Shown piece after piece: positions 19,101-28,039 of a stretch of DNA of 64,000 nucleotides. The stretch is from an uncultured Pseudomonadota bacterium. Its GTDB lineage: Bacteria > Pseudomonadota > Alphaproteobacteria > RF32 > CAG-239. The notes below the pieces were generated by a model. That model was given only the letters and a program-made list of their open reading frames with translations, was not told the DNA's origin and did no database searches. The translations under genes were made by a program, and so were the position numbers. Position 1 is the stretch's first letter. Each line of letters opens with the position of its first letter. The stretch spans positions 12,627-76,626 of the forward strand of contig CASFNK010000064.1 in NCBI GenBank assembly GCA_949295995.1, given 5' to 3'.

Positions 19101-20621
19101 ATGGAAAAGAAATCTGCATTAAGCGTTTTTAATGACGCTATGAGTTTGGCAAAAAAACTTAATTGCCGTTATCCTCAAAGAGAAGAACTGGAAGAAAAAG
19201 CTTTTGTTTTTATGATTCACCACCTTCTCAAAGGCGAGAAATTTCCGATAGAGGATTTGTTTCCTTCATGGGCTTGTCATTTGTTTGAGGCGTTTTTGAC
19301 TTATTATTCCAAACATGATTGCTGGGAAGGCTTTAAGAAAAACATTCTCAATCATACGGGAAAAATGTATGGTTTGTTTGTTGCGGCAGTTTATTGTCAG
19401 GAACAGGCAAATGAAGAACGCAAAAAAGCTTGTGTTCAGTCTTTGTTACGCAATACATCGATTAATGGCAAATTCTTGAATATTTTGAGCGAATATGCTT
19501 ATCAATATCCGGTTTTGTTGGATGTGTTAGAAGAGCTTTTGAAAAAGCAAATAAATCTGGGAGATGTTTCTGTTACGGAGCTTTGGGATATTTATCAAGA
19601 GTATCACGAAGATGAGTATCAGATAGCTTTGAAATCTATGGGTGTTCTTTATTTGTGGCTGATTCGGTTGCAACGGCCTGTCGATATTTGTGCTGATTAT
19701 GTTAATTTCCTTTATCGTTTTCGGCAACAACCGATGCAATTAACCTCTGAAGAACAACAATATCATTTGCAAGGGGTGCAAAAAATATTGCGAATATTGT
19801 CTCTGAAAAAGTCATCTCCAGCTATTTGCAAAGTGGTGTCGGAGGTTTTGGATACACCGTCTTTCAAAATTAGTGATAGGCTTGCTTTGGTTGAGACATA
19901 TTTGGATGATTTTGTAGATGCCGCCAGAGAAAGTGATTTGATAGCGGGGTTATCAAGTAGAATCGCTAACGAAGAAACTTGTGCTCACATGTTGTCCTTA
20001 CTTGCTGAAATACAACAAAAAGTCAGTGATAATCGAAGATTAGTTCTGGATTTGTTAGAGTTAATTGCAGAGGCTTGGCGAGAGGAAACTTGTGAACGTT
20101 TGCATATCATTGACCGTGAATCATTGAGATTGGAAAAGTGGGAACATATTGATGCCTATTTGAAACGAGGCGTCTTTTCACCACGCGAAGAAAAGTGGCT
20201 TGAGCTTTGTTGTAAGACAGCAAGTTTTGCGGCAGGAGATATCAGCTATTTTCAGGCAATGCCTTTGTGGTTTGCATTAAAACTCAAAAAATCGATAGCA
20301 ACTTATCCCGTACTTGAAAAATTCAAAGATTATGCCGAGCAAATTTTTGATGAGCAAATGGAAGTGCTGGAGAGTTTCTTGGAAGAAGATTGCAACTACA
20401 TTTGTTGGAAAGAGTGGGAAAAAGTTTTGGATGAACTTTGGTGCGAGGCAACAGCTTCGGAAATTGCCAAATTGATTCATCTGTTGGCAGGATATGAATC
20501 CGCAAATTCTCCGATGAAAGTTTGGGCAAAAGCTAAAAATTTTGGCTTTACAAACTGGGGAGAAAAACAATCCTACACTTCTCAAGTGGCGGAAATGTTA
20601 AACGCTCTTAATGTGGACTAA
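19101..20621 (+). CDS. Hypothetical protein (orphan, all-helical, Cys/Trp-rich)
   Basis: 506-aa uninterrupted ORF. No P-loop, nuclease, HTH or other motif recognised. Terminator downstream. Confidence 0.6.
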   Translation: MEKKSALSVFNDAMSLAKKLNCRYPQREELEEKAFVFMIHHLLKGEKFPIEDLFPSWACHLFEAFLTYYSKHDCWEGFKKNILNHTGKMYGLFVAAVYCQEQANEERKKACVQSLLRNTSINGKFLNILSEYAYQYPVLLDVLEELLKKQINLGDVSVTELWDIYQEYHEDEYQIALKSMGVLYLWLIRLQRPVDICADYVNFLYRFRQQPMQLTSEEQQYHLQGVQKILRILSLKKSSPAICKVVSEVLDTPSFKISDRLALVETYLDDFVDAARESDLIAGLSSRIANEETCAHMLSLLAEIQQKVSDNRRLVLDLLELIAEAWREETCERLHIIDRESLRLEKWEHIDAYLKRGVFSPREEKWLELCCKTASFAAGDISYFQAMPLWFALKLKKSIATYPVLEKFKDYAEQIFDEQMEVLESFLEEDCNYICWKEWEKVLDELWCEATASEIAKLIHLLAGYESANSPMKVWAKAKNFGFTNWGEKQSYTSQVAEMLNALNVD

Positions 20622-20627
20622 AGTATG

Positions 20628-20664
20628 AAAAAAACGGGATGATTTTGTGTCATCCCGTTTTTTC
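20628..20664. terminator. Bidirectional intrinsic terminator
   Basis: A-run, stem ACGGGATG / CATCCCGT, T-run. Lies between convergent ORFs 19101..20621 (+) and 20665..22113 (-). Confidence 0.7.
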
Positions 20665-22113
20665 TTATTTATTTTTCAAATCTTCACCTTGAACGGTGTA
20701 GTTCTTGATTTGAATGGTGGCTTTGTTTGCCATGGCGATACAGCCAGGTCCTGCGATACAACCGCCCGGGCAGCACATGACTTCAAGCATATTGTTTTCG
20801 CAGCCTTTGGTGGCGTAACGTTTTAAGAGCTTGATGTTTTCGGCACTCAAGCCATCGATTTTTTCGGGACGAATTTCGGTTTTGCCTTCAACCAATGAGG
20901 CAACAGCTCCGGCAACGCCTCCGGTTAACGGGAAGCCACGGCCTTGAGCGCAGGAGAGTTTGCTGAATTCGGCTGCAGGAGCGGTGGCTACATCAATTCC
21001 GGCACCGATAAACATGGCATTTAATTCTTCAAAAGTTAAAACATAGTCAACATTGGGGTCGGTTTCAGCCTCAACACGTTTAGCAAAGCAAGGTCCAACA
21101 AAAACAGCCGCACAATTGGGGTGTTCTTGTTTGACAAGTTCTGCCGTATAATACATTGGAGTTTTGGTTGAAGACACAAAATCTTTAATCTCAGGAATGT
21201 GAATTTGGGCTGCACGGAAATACGCCGGACAGCAAGATGTGGTCATAAAGTTTTTGCCTTCTTCCATACGTTCAACGAATTCCGCGGCTTCTTTTTGAGT
21301 GGTGATGTCGGCTCCAACGGCAACTTCGATGACATCATCAAAACCAAGAGCTTTAAGCGCACCAACCAAATTATTAACTGTGCCGCCGAATTGCCCAACG
21401 ATTGCCGGGGCAACCATCGCAATAACTTTTTTATCCGTATCAAGCATGGTTTTGAGAACATCTACCATTTGCGAGCGTTCAACAATTGCTCCAAACGGAC
21501 AAGATTTTAGGCATTTACCGCAAGAAATACATTTTTCTGTATCAATGTGTTCTTTGCCGTGTGCGTCTTTGGAAATCGCTCCTACCGGACAAGAATCTTC
21601 ACAAGGAATAACGTTTTTGATGATGGCCGAATATGGGCAAACATCATGGCAACGACCACATTTAATACAAGCATCTTGGTCGATGAAGGCTTTACCATTA
21701 ACAAAGCTGATGGCTTTTTTGGGGCAGTTTACTTGGCAGGGACGGGCAATGCAAGAACGGCACAAGTCGCTTACAATATAGCGCTCTTTACGGCAAGCCA
21801 TACAGGCTGAGCTGATTACAGAGATTTTGCTTGGTTCTAATTTCTCTCTTTTTAAGGCTTTTTGCGCATATTCAGACAGAGAAATATTTTTGCCTTCTTC
21901 ATCTTCAGGGCAAAAACCTAAAATAGCCATGCAAATTTGACGAACAATGTTACGGTCATTGGCGATATTTTGATGATAGCATTGTGAACCATCAGGGAAA
22001 ACTTCGCTTGGTACAGAATCAATTTCTGCAAAACGATTATTGAAAAAACTTTTGGCAACGCGGGCTAAAATGTCGTTGCGAATAGGGAAAAGGTTGTTTT
22101 TGGGCGTTAACAT
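20665..22113 (-). CDS. [FeFe]-hydrogenase catalytic-subunit-like protein with N-terminal ferredoxin-type clusters (group-B-like)
   Basis: 482 aa. Two CxxCxxCxxxCP ferredoxin motifs (CIKCGRCHDVCP, CISCGKCLKSCP) plus extra N-terminal Cys clusters. H-cluster signatures FMTTSCCPAY, VFVGPCFAKRVE and MLEVMCCPGGCIAGPG. Confidence 0.85.
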   Translation of the reverse strand: MLTPKNNLFPIRNDILARVAKSFFNNRFAEIDSVPSEVFPDGSQCYHQNIANDRNIVRQICMAILGFCPEDEEGKNISLSEYAQKALKREKLEPSKISVISSACMACRKERYIVSDLCRSCIARPCQVNCPKKAISFVNGKAFIDQDACIKCGRCHDVCPYSAIIKNVIPCEDSCPVGAISKDAHGKEHIDTEKCISCGKCLKSCPFGAIVERSQMVDVLKTMLDTDKKVIAMVAPAIVGQFGGTVNNLVGALKALGFDDVIEVAVGADITTQKEAAEFVERMEEGKNFMTTSCCPAYFRAAQIHIPEIKDFVSSTKTPMYYTAELVKQEHPNCAAVFVGPCFAKRVEAETDPNVDYVLTFEELNAMFIGAGIDVATAPAAEFSKLSCAQGRGFPLTGGVAGAVASLVEGKTEIRPEKIDGLSAENIKLLKRYATKGCENNMLEVMCCPGGCIAGPGCIAMANKATIQIKNYTVQGEDLKNK

Positions 22114-22265
22114 TCTCTGCTTCCTTATGGTTAAATTTTTTTGTTAAGCGGATTATACCGACTGCTTATAAAATTGCAATTGTTTTTTAGTTTTTACAAA
22201 AGCAATTTAACCGCTCTTTAACTTGGATTATGGCAAAATTAAATCAGAATTGCAGGGGGGTTTGA

Positions 22266-23345
22266 ATGCTTGATATTTTTTTAATTGGAATTGTTGTGGT
22301 CGAATTTATGGCTCTTGCGTTATTGATGCGGCAAAAGCGTTTGATTGAGATACAATTACATGATTTGAAAAATACACTGACCATTCTGCAGTCGTTAATT
22401 GTTTTGCGACATCATGATGATTTGGTGATTGAGGTTTTGCAAAGAGCTTGTGCGCAAGTTAAAGATATTCTTGTGCCGCAAAAAGCAAAAAATACAACAA
22501 TTTGTATCAATGATATGGTATTATCCGCAATTGATGAGTGGCAAGCAATCAGAGCTGAAAATATAGAATTTGAAGTTAACGTTCCCGAAAAACAAATACT
22601 GATTTGTGGTGATAGCTCAGAACTGAAACGTCTCGTGGATAACGTATTGCAAAATGCTTGTCGGGCTATGCCTGAGGGCGGAAAAATTAAAGTTCAACTC
22701 AAAGAAACAGAACTAACGCAAAAGCAATTATCGCACTGTATAGTCAAAGGGAAAAAGGGAAAATGTGTGGCTCTGAGCATTCAAGATAAGGGTAGCGGAA
22801 TAACTCCGAAGTTATTTAAAAAAATTTTTAGACCTTTTGTGAGCTCGTTTGCTCAGGGAAATGGATTGGGGTTAACTTCAGTTCGCAAAATCGTAAAAAA
22901 ACATCATGCCTCTTTGGCGGTTACAAGTGTTGAAGGGCAGGGAAGCTGTTTTTCAATATATTTTCCGATGATGGATTATTTTGAAAATAAAGCCAAAATT
23001 TTAGTTGTTGATGATGATGCTATGCAGAGAGCTTTATTGGAAGAATTGCTCAAGCAAGATGGATTTAAGTGTTTTACCGCGGCAACGCCTTATGAGGCAC
23101 TTAATCTGATGAGGGAAAATCCCAATATTGATTTGTTGATTATCGATATGTTAATGCCTAATATGAAAGGTGATGCGCTTTATCAAGAATTATTGTCGAT
23201 TAATCCTGACTTAAAAGCAATTATGGTGAGCGGAAAAAAATGTGTTAATCTTCCTCAAAATGCAACTTTTTTAGAAAAACCTTATAAAATTTCCGAGTTG
23301 AAAGTTTTAATATCTCAGCTGTTAGCAAAACAGTATGACTCTTGA
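22266..23345 (+). CDS. Hybrid histidine kinase / response-regulator receiver, single N-terminal TM, no sensor domain
   Basis: One TM helix is followed immediately by the H-box (LHDLKNTLTIL). N-box VDNVLQNACRAM. G-boxes IQDKGSGI and GNGLGLTSV. C-terminal REC domain (KILVVDDD..LLIIDMLMP..MVSG..EKP). Confidence 0.85.
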   Translation: MLDIFLIGIVVVEFMALALLMRQKRLIEIQLHDLKNTLTILQSLIVLRHHDDLVIEVLQRACAQVKDILVPQKAKNTTICINDMVLSAIDEWQAIRAENIEFEVNVPEKQILICGDSSELKRLVDNVLQNACRAMPEGGKIKVQLKETELTQKQLSHCIVKGKKGKCVALSIQDKGSGITPKLFKKIFRPFVSSFAQGNGLGLTSVRKIVKKHHASLAVTSVEGQGSCFSIYFPMMDYFENKAKILVVDDDAMQRALLEELLKQDGFKCFTAATPYEALNLMRENPNIDLLIIDMLMPNMKGDALYQELLSINPDLKAIMVSGKKCVNLPQNATFLEKPYKISELKVLISQLLAKQYDS

Positions 23346-23399
23346 TAAAATGTTATTCAGAGTTTATAACTGAAAATAGTTTGTAGGATAAAAAATAAA

Positions 23400-24680
23400 A
23401 TGAGCAGGCAACAAAGTAGTAAAGCTGAAAAATATTTGTTAGATGCCCTAGATCGAATTTCTAAAAATTCGTATGGTTACGCTGTGCTCTATGTCAGTAT
23501 TTCTAAGTTAAAACCTAAACACAGGCATCCTGAATTCGTAAAAATTATAGGAAAACTTTTTGACAGCGTGGTCGGTAATGCTCGTGGTTACTTCTATATC
23601 ATGTCTAACGGCGACTTTGTTATTTTGGGTAAAAATATTACTCAGGAAATCGTCGATGAAGCCGTTGCAAAACTGCGTCAAGGTTTGTCGGCTGATCCTG
23701 TTTTGCATGGGCAAGACTGCAGCCAATTTGCTACCGTGTTTGAGTTTCCTGCCAATTTTGTTACTTTTTATAAATATGTTGAGGAAATGCTCGAAAGCGA
23801 TGTGCAAAATGACGCGTTGCTTTTGCCTCAAAAACGTCCGATTGAAGCTAATGAAATTGACGGCGTTATTGCCGAACTGGATGAAATCGATATTGCTGAA
23901 CTGGTTAAACGACAAAGTGTGATTAAAGTAAAAGGTGCCGGTAAATTTGAGGTGCTGTTTCAAGAATTTTATGTGGCCGTAAAAGATTTAAGTTTGCAAT
24001 TTGATACAAATTTGGACTTGGTGGCTAATCATTGGTTGTTTCTTTATATGACTCAGACTTTGGATAAAAAAACTTTAGCTTCATTCTTTTCGGCAGCTTT
24101 GAAAAAATGGCCAAAGCAAATTAGTCTTAATCTTAATTTATCTTCGGTGTTTTCTCGTGAGTTTATTGATTTTGCCAGAAACTTTTTGAAGCCTGAACAA
24201 AAAGTTTTGGTCGAAGTGCAATTGATGGATGTGTTTAATAATTTACCTCTATATTTTGAGGCAAAGGAAATTCTTAATCAAGGCGGGCACAAAATCGTGT
24301 TTGATGAAGTGCAGCCAGCAGCTCTCAAAATGCTTAATTTGAAAAATCTTAAACCTGATATGGTCAAACTCTTTTGGGAGCCTTTGCTTGAATTCGAACC
24401 GTTTAATCCTAAATATAAAGAAATTATTGATACTCTTGGAAAAGAGAATTTTATTTTGGCAAAATGTGATTCTCAAGCGGCTTTGAAATGGGGTATTTCT
24501 TATGGAATTACTGCGTTTCAGGGGCCCTTTATGGATGATATAGAAACAGCCGTTATGCGAGGAAAGTGTCCAGACGCGGCTAAATGCTCGGCTCAGCAAT
24601 GTTTGAAAAGAAGAAAATCTTTATCCGCCTTGATGAAAGCAGCTTGCTCTCAACCTGAAATTTTAGAAGAGTTATTGTAA
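23400..24680 (+). CDS. Degenerate GGDEF-EAL-like protein (predicted catalytically inactive) with Cys-rich C-terminal tail
   Basis: 426 aa. N-terminal half resembles a GGDEF fold with the signature replaced (YIMSNGDFVILG). C-terminal half follows EAL motif order (RQSV, QEFYV, ISLNLNLS, VLVEVQL, KIVFDEV, MVKLFW, ILAKCD, FQG), with several catalytic positions substituted. Assignment by eye only. Confidence 0.55.
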   Translation: MSRQQSSKAEKYLLDALDRISKNSYGYAVLYVSISKLKPKHRHPEFVKIIGKLFDSVVGNARGYFYIMSNGDFVILGKNITQEIVDEAVAKLRQGLSADPVLHGQDCSQFATVFEFPANFVTFYKYVEEMLESDVQNDALLLPQKRPIEANEIDGVIAELDEIDIAELVKRQSVIKVKGAGKFEVLFQEFYVAVKDLSLQFDTNLDLVANHWLFLYMTQTLDKKTLASFFSAALKKWPKQISLNLNLSSVFSREFIDFARNFLKPEQKVLVEVQLMDVFNNLPLYFEAKEILNQGGHKIVFDEVQPAALKMLNLKNLKPDMVKLFWEPLLEFEPFNPKYKEIIDTLGKENFILAKCDSQAALKWGISYGITAFQGPFMDDIETAVMRGKCPDAAKCSAQQCLKRRKSLSALMKAACSQPEILEELL

Positions 24681-24689
24681 GGGTGAAAA

Positions 24690-26000
24690 ATGTTTTTATT
24701 TAATAAAAATACGCCAAGTTTACCTGAAAAAATTACTAATCCTCCAGTGGAGCAAAGTAATTTGAAACGTGATACCCTTATTTTAGATTATCTGGTTAAA
24801 ATTGATGCTTCTCGTAATAATTTTTCAGCTTTGTATATCTATATCAGCAAACTGAAAAGTGCCAAACTTAAATCTTTGCAAAGACAAAATTTAATTGAAA
24901 CTTTTGAAAACGTTACGCAGAAAAACGGTGGTGAAATATTTGGTTTGCCTAATGAGGATATGGTTGTTTTCTTTAATAAAAAAGCAAGCGAAGAAATACA
25001 AGCGTGCCTTATAAAAGTGCGTTTTATTTTTCATGATGACCCCTTCTTGGCAAATGCTTTTGATTTGGAACAAGTCGGTTTTGTAAAATTTTTTGATTTG
25101 GGCTCAGAAGTAGGTGAATTTAAGACAACTATCAGAAAGGTGATGGAAAGTCTTTCTCAAAATCAAAATATTACAGCAAAAGGCGGTGTTCAACAAAATC
25201 AAAGAAATATTCCAGCAGCTATGGCAACTTCACGCAAACTCAGACGTGAGCTTACCCCAAATATGTTGGCTAAAGTGCAAAAGGCTCTTTCTATGGCCGA
25301 TTTTTCCAGCCTTATTCGTCGGCAGTCTGTTTGTGCCGTTATCGGGAAATCGCCTCCGCAAATGATTTTTGATGAAGTCTTTGTCTCAATTGCTGATTTA
25401 CGCGATACCTTACTTCCTGATGTTGATTTAACGGCTAATCCTTGGTTGTTTTTACACCTTACAGAGACTTTGGATAAGCGTGTTTTGGCCAGTGTCGGAC
25501 AGCATGATGATGGTTCGTTAAATAGTAATTTCAGTTTGAATCTGAATGTATCAACCATTCTTTCTGATGATTTTCTGGAATTTGATGATAATATTAATCC
25601 GTCTATGCGCTCCAGTATTGTCTTGGAATTGCAATTGGTCGATATTTTTAATGATATTAAGGCTTTTATTTTGGCAAAAACTTTTGCTCAATATCGTGGT
25701 TATAAAATCTGTATCGATGGCATTACGGTTGATAAATTGAAATATATTGATCGTGAACAATTAGATAGTGATTTACTCAAGATTATTTGGCATCCGTCGT
25801 TTATGGATATGGTAAAAGAAGATGCTCACTTTACAGACTATGTGAATAGAGCCGAAAGAGCTAAAATGATTTTATGCCGCGTGGATGATCCAAATGCGGT
25901 GGAAATCGGAAATTCGCTTGGAATTAATCTGTATCAGGGGCGTTATATTCAGAGGCTTTTGGCTGCACAACCAAAAAAAACAATTTTTAAGATTAAATAA
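24690..26000 (+). CDS. Degenerate GGDEF-EAL-like protein, paralogue of 23400..24680
   Basis: 436 aa. Same motif order (RRQSV, DEVFV, NPWLFLHLTETLDKRVL, FSLNLNVS, IVLELQL, KICIDGI, LLKIIW, ILCRVDD, LYQG). Starts 9 nt after the preceding gene. Confidence 0.55.
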   Translation: MFLFNKNTPSLPEKITNPPVEQSNLKRDTLILDYLVKIDASRNNFSALYIYISKLKSAKLKSLQRQNLIETFENVTQKNGGEIFGLPNEDMVVFFNKKASEEIQACLIKVRFIFHDDPFLANAFDLEQVGFVKFFDLGSEVGEFKTTIRKVMESLSQNQNITAKGGVQQNQRNIPAAMATSRKLRRELTPNMLAKVQKALSMADFSSLIRRQSVCAVIGKSPPQMIFDEVFVSIADLRDTLLPDVDLTANPWLFLHLTETLDKRVLASVGQHDDGSLNSNFSLNLNVSTILSDDFLEFDDNINPSMRSSIVLELQLVDIFNDIKAFILAKTFAQYRGYKICIDGITVDKLKYIDREQLDSDLLKIIWHPSFMDMVKEDAHFTDYVNRAERAKMILCRVDDPNAVEIGNSLGINLYQGRYIQRLLAAQPKKTIFKIK

Positions 26001-26029
26001 AAAAAGAGTTCCCTCAGGAACTCTTTTTT
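26001..26029. terminator. Bidirectional intrinsic terminator
   Basis: A-run, stem AGAGTTCC / GGAACTCT, loop CTCA, T6. Confidence 0.7.
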
Positions 26030-26044
26030 GTGAAAATGAATATA

Positions 26045-26344
26045 TTAATCGCGAATTTCCGCTTCGTAAGCATGAGTGATTTCTTCATCGTCTTCATTGT
26101 CGGTGCGGGAAAGTTCACATACCAAAAGTTTGTCCGCGTCTTGCAGGCTATCTAATACATCTTCGCTAATGTCGCTTAATTCAATGATGTCATTATCATT
26201 ACGATATAAGAGTGCTGCTTTTTCATCAAAATCAATTTCAATATGCGGATTTTCAGGTTCGCCTTCTCTTTGATATAAAAGAAGCATGACTTCATCTTCA
26301 TCATTAATTAAAAAGTCAAAGGTTTCAAAGTCTTTACTGTCCAT
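26045..26344 (-). CDS. Small highly acidic hypothetical protein
   Basis: 99-aa ORF, very rich in D/E (e.g. NDEDEVM, SRTDNEDDEEITH). No family recognised. Confidence 0.5.
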   Translation of the reverse strand: MDSKDFETFDFLINDEDEVMLLLYQREGEPENPHIEIDFDEKAALLYRNDNDIIELSDISEDVLDSLQDADKLLVCELSRTDNEDDEEITHAYEAEIRD

Positions 26345-26483
26345 TGCGGTTTCCTTTAAATTTTGTTGCTTATTTTATATTACCTCAAAATAAGGGATTT
26401 ACAAGACTTATATTCAGAGGTGTGTTCAAATTGATATTCATACTTGCATAATTTTATTTTATCGCCTTTACTATTCCTAAGGA

Positions 26484-27161
26484 GTGAAAATGCAAAAGTT
26501 GATTAACCAAACGATAGAACTCTTAAAATGGCCGGCGGCTTTGTTTATGTTGGTGTCATTGCCTGCGTTGTTTCAATCATTGGCGGGTTTTCAATTTATG
26601 CAGCTGAAATATTTTGCCATGTTTGGTGGTTTTTTTGTGTATTTTGTTTCTAAAGGTATGTCTGATGCTTCTTTGAAAGCCAATATGCAAATTTTAGCTC
26701 ATGAGTTGACACATGCTTTTTTTGCTTTGATTACTTTTCACAAAGTTAAAAGTATTAAATTGGCCGAAGATCAATCAGGCGGTGCTATGAGTTTTGAGGG
26801 TGAGGGAAATTGGTTGATTGTGGTGGCTCCTTATTTCTTCCCGTTATTTGCTTTTTTTGCCATGTTATTTATTCCTTTTTTAGAGCCCTATGTGCCGGCA
26901 TTGTTGATTAATGCCGTTATTGGCTATTTGGCGGCTTATCATTTGGACACGGTTGCTTCACAAATTAACGAAAAGCAAACTGATTTTGCTAAAGTGTCCG
27001 CCAAATTTTGTTGGATGTTTTTGCCCGGTGCTAATTTATGGATGATAGGATTTTTGCTCGCTTTTAACAGCAAACAATGGGAAGGTGTGTTGCAGTACAA
27101 AAAACTAGTCTTCTGGCTGATGGATAAAAACTGGCAAACCCTTAACAATTGGCTTTTTTAG
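26484..27161 (+). CDS. Membrane protein with HExxH motif, peptidase M50B-like
   Basis: 225 aa, multiple TM helices. ILAHELTHAFFAL is followed by ..DQSGGAMSF.. and a hydrophobic APYFFP segment, as in M50B-like proteins. GTG start. Confidence 0.6.
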   Translation: MKMQKLINQTIELLKWPAALFMLVSLPALFQSLAGFQFMQLKYFAMFGGFFVYFVSKGMSDASLKANMQILAHELTHAFFALITFHKVKSIKLAEDQSGGAMSFEGEGNWLIVVAPYFFPLFAFFAMLFIPFLEPYVPALLINAVIGYLAAYHLDTVASQINEKQTDFAKVSAKFCWMFLPGANLWMIGFLLAFNSKQWEGVLQYKKLVFWLMDKNWQTLNNWLF

Positions 27162-28039
27162 AAACTCAAAGTGCAAGTATCGGCATCCAATGTTATTTCT
27201 TTTCCTATGGGTAAAATGCGTCTTTCCGGGATATGTCCATAGGGGAAATGCTTAATAACAGGGATTTTTAAATCTTGGCAGTAATAATTGATAATTTCAT
27301 CAATTGTTCCATCTTCGGGATCAAATACTTGGCAATCACTGAATTCTCCAAAAATTATTCCTTTTAACTGCTTAAAATCGGGCAGTTGTCGCAATTGTTG
27401 GAGTTTTAAATCTATTTGAAAACTTTTCCCTCCAACGTCTTCTAAAAGCAAAATTTTGTTTGTTAGAGAAGGCATGTAAGGTGTTCCTATGAGATATTGT
27501 AAAACGCTTAAATTGCCTCCTATAAGAATTCCTTTTGCTTTTCCTGAACAAACAGTTTCTCCTCCTTGGTAGTCTATTTTCTTCTTTTGTATGATTTGCA
27601 TAAAACTTTCGTTAATCATGGGAGGAATGGTTCCTGTACGAAAATCATATTTAAGAAGAAAACCTGTATAAGAAATGTTGTTACTTTGTGCGTATAGTGC
27701 ATTTTGAATAGCTGTTATGTCGCTTAATCCAAATAATGGTTTGGGATGATCTTTGACAAGATTATAATCTATATGGGGGAGAACGTAAGTTGCTCCTCCT
27801 CCACCTCTTGGGGTGAAAATGGCTTTAATTGTATTATCTTGGAAAAAGCTATTTATATCTTGAGCTCTTGCTTGTGGGGATCCAGCCATATAACGCCAAG
27901 AAGCATAAGTACAAGGACCAATTATTGGGATTAGCCCTAGTTGTTTGAGGTAGTTTATTCCGTTATCTATATCTCCTTGAGATATAAAAGATGCGAGGGA
28001 CGTTATTCCTACTTTATCTCCAGGATTGAGCTTAAACAT
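27158..28039 (-). CDS. ldcA: LD-carboxypeptidase (muramoyltetrapeptide carboxypeptidase, peptidase S66)
   Basis: S66-like motifs GDKVGITSLAS, RGGGGAT, GLSDITAIQ (nucleophile Ser), FPYGHIPERRILPIG. ATG at 28039 overlaps the upstream gene's TAA by 1 nt, so the track start at 28069 is probably too long. Confidence 0.85.
   Translation of the reverse strand: MFKLNPGDKVGITSLASFISQGDIDNGINYLKQLGLIPIIGPCTYASWRYMAGSPQARAQDINSFFQDNTIKAIFTPRGGGGATYVLPHIDYNLVKDHPKPLFGLSDITAIQNALYAQSNNISYTGFLLKYDFRTGTIPPMINESFMQIIQKKKIDYQGGETVCSGKAKGILIGGNLSVLQYLIGTPYMPSLTNKILLLEDVGGKSFQIDLKLQQLRQLPDFKQLKGIIFGEFSDCQVFDPEDGTIDEIINYYCQDLKIPVIKHFPYGHIPERRILPIGKEITLDADTCTLSF

Noticed and set aside
21199-21810. Plus-strand ORFs of 87-160 aa inside the hydrogenase gene, and similar alternative-frame ORFs inside secY, pntB/pntA, lepA, ettA, tolB, pyk and the AsmA-like gene.
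   Set aside because: They are fully embedded in well-supported conserved genes on the other strand or frame, with no independent signals.
20665-22113. Calling the hydrogenase a sensory (group C, HydS-type) enzyme because a kinase operon lies next to it.
   Set aside because: The protein ends right after the H-domain and has no PAS or other signalling domain. Its layout fits group B better. The regulatory link is kept only as a hypothesis.
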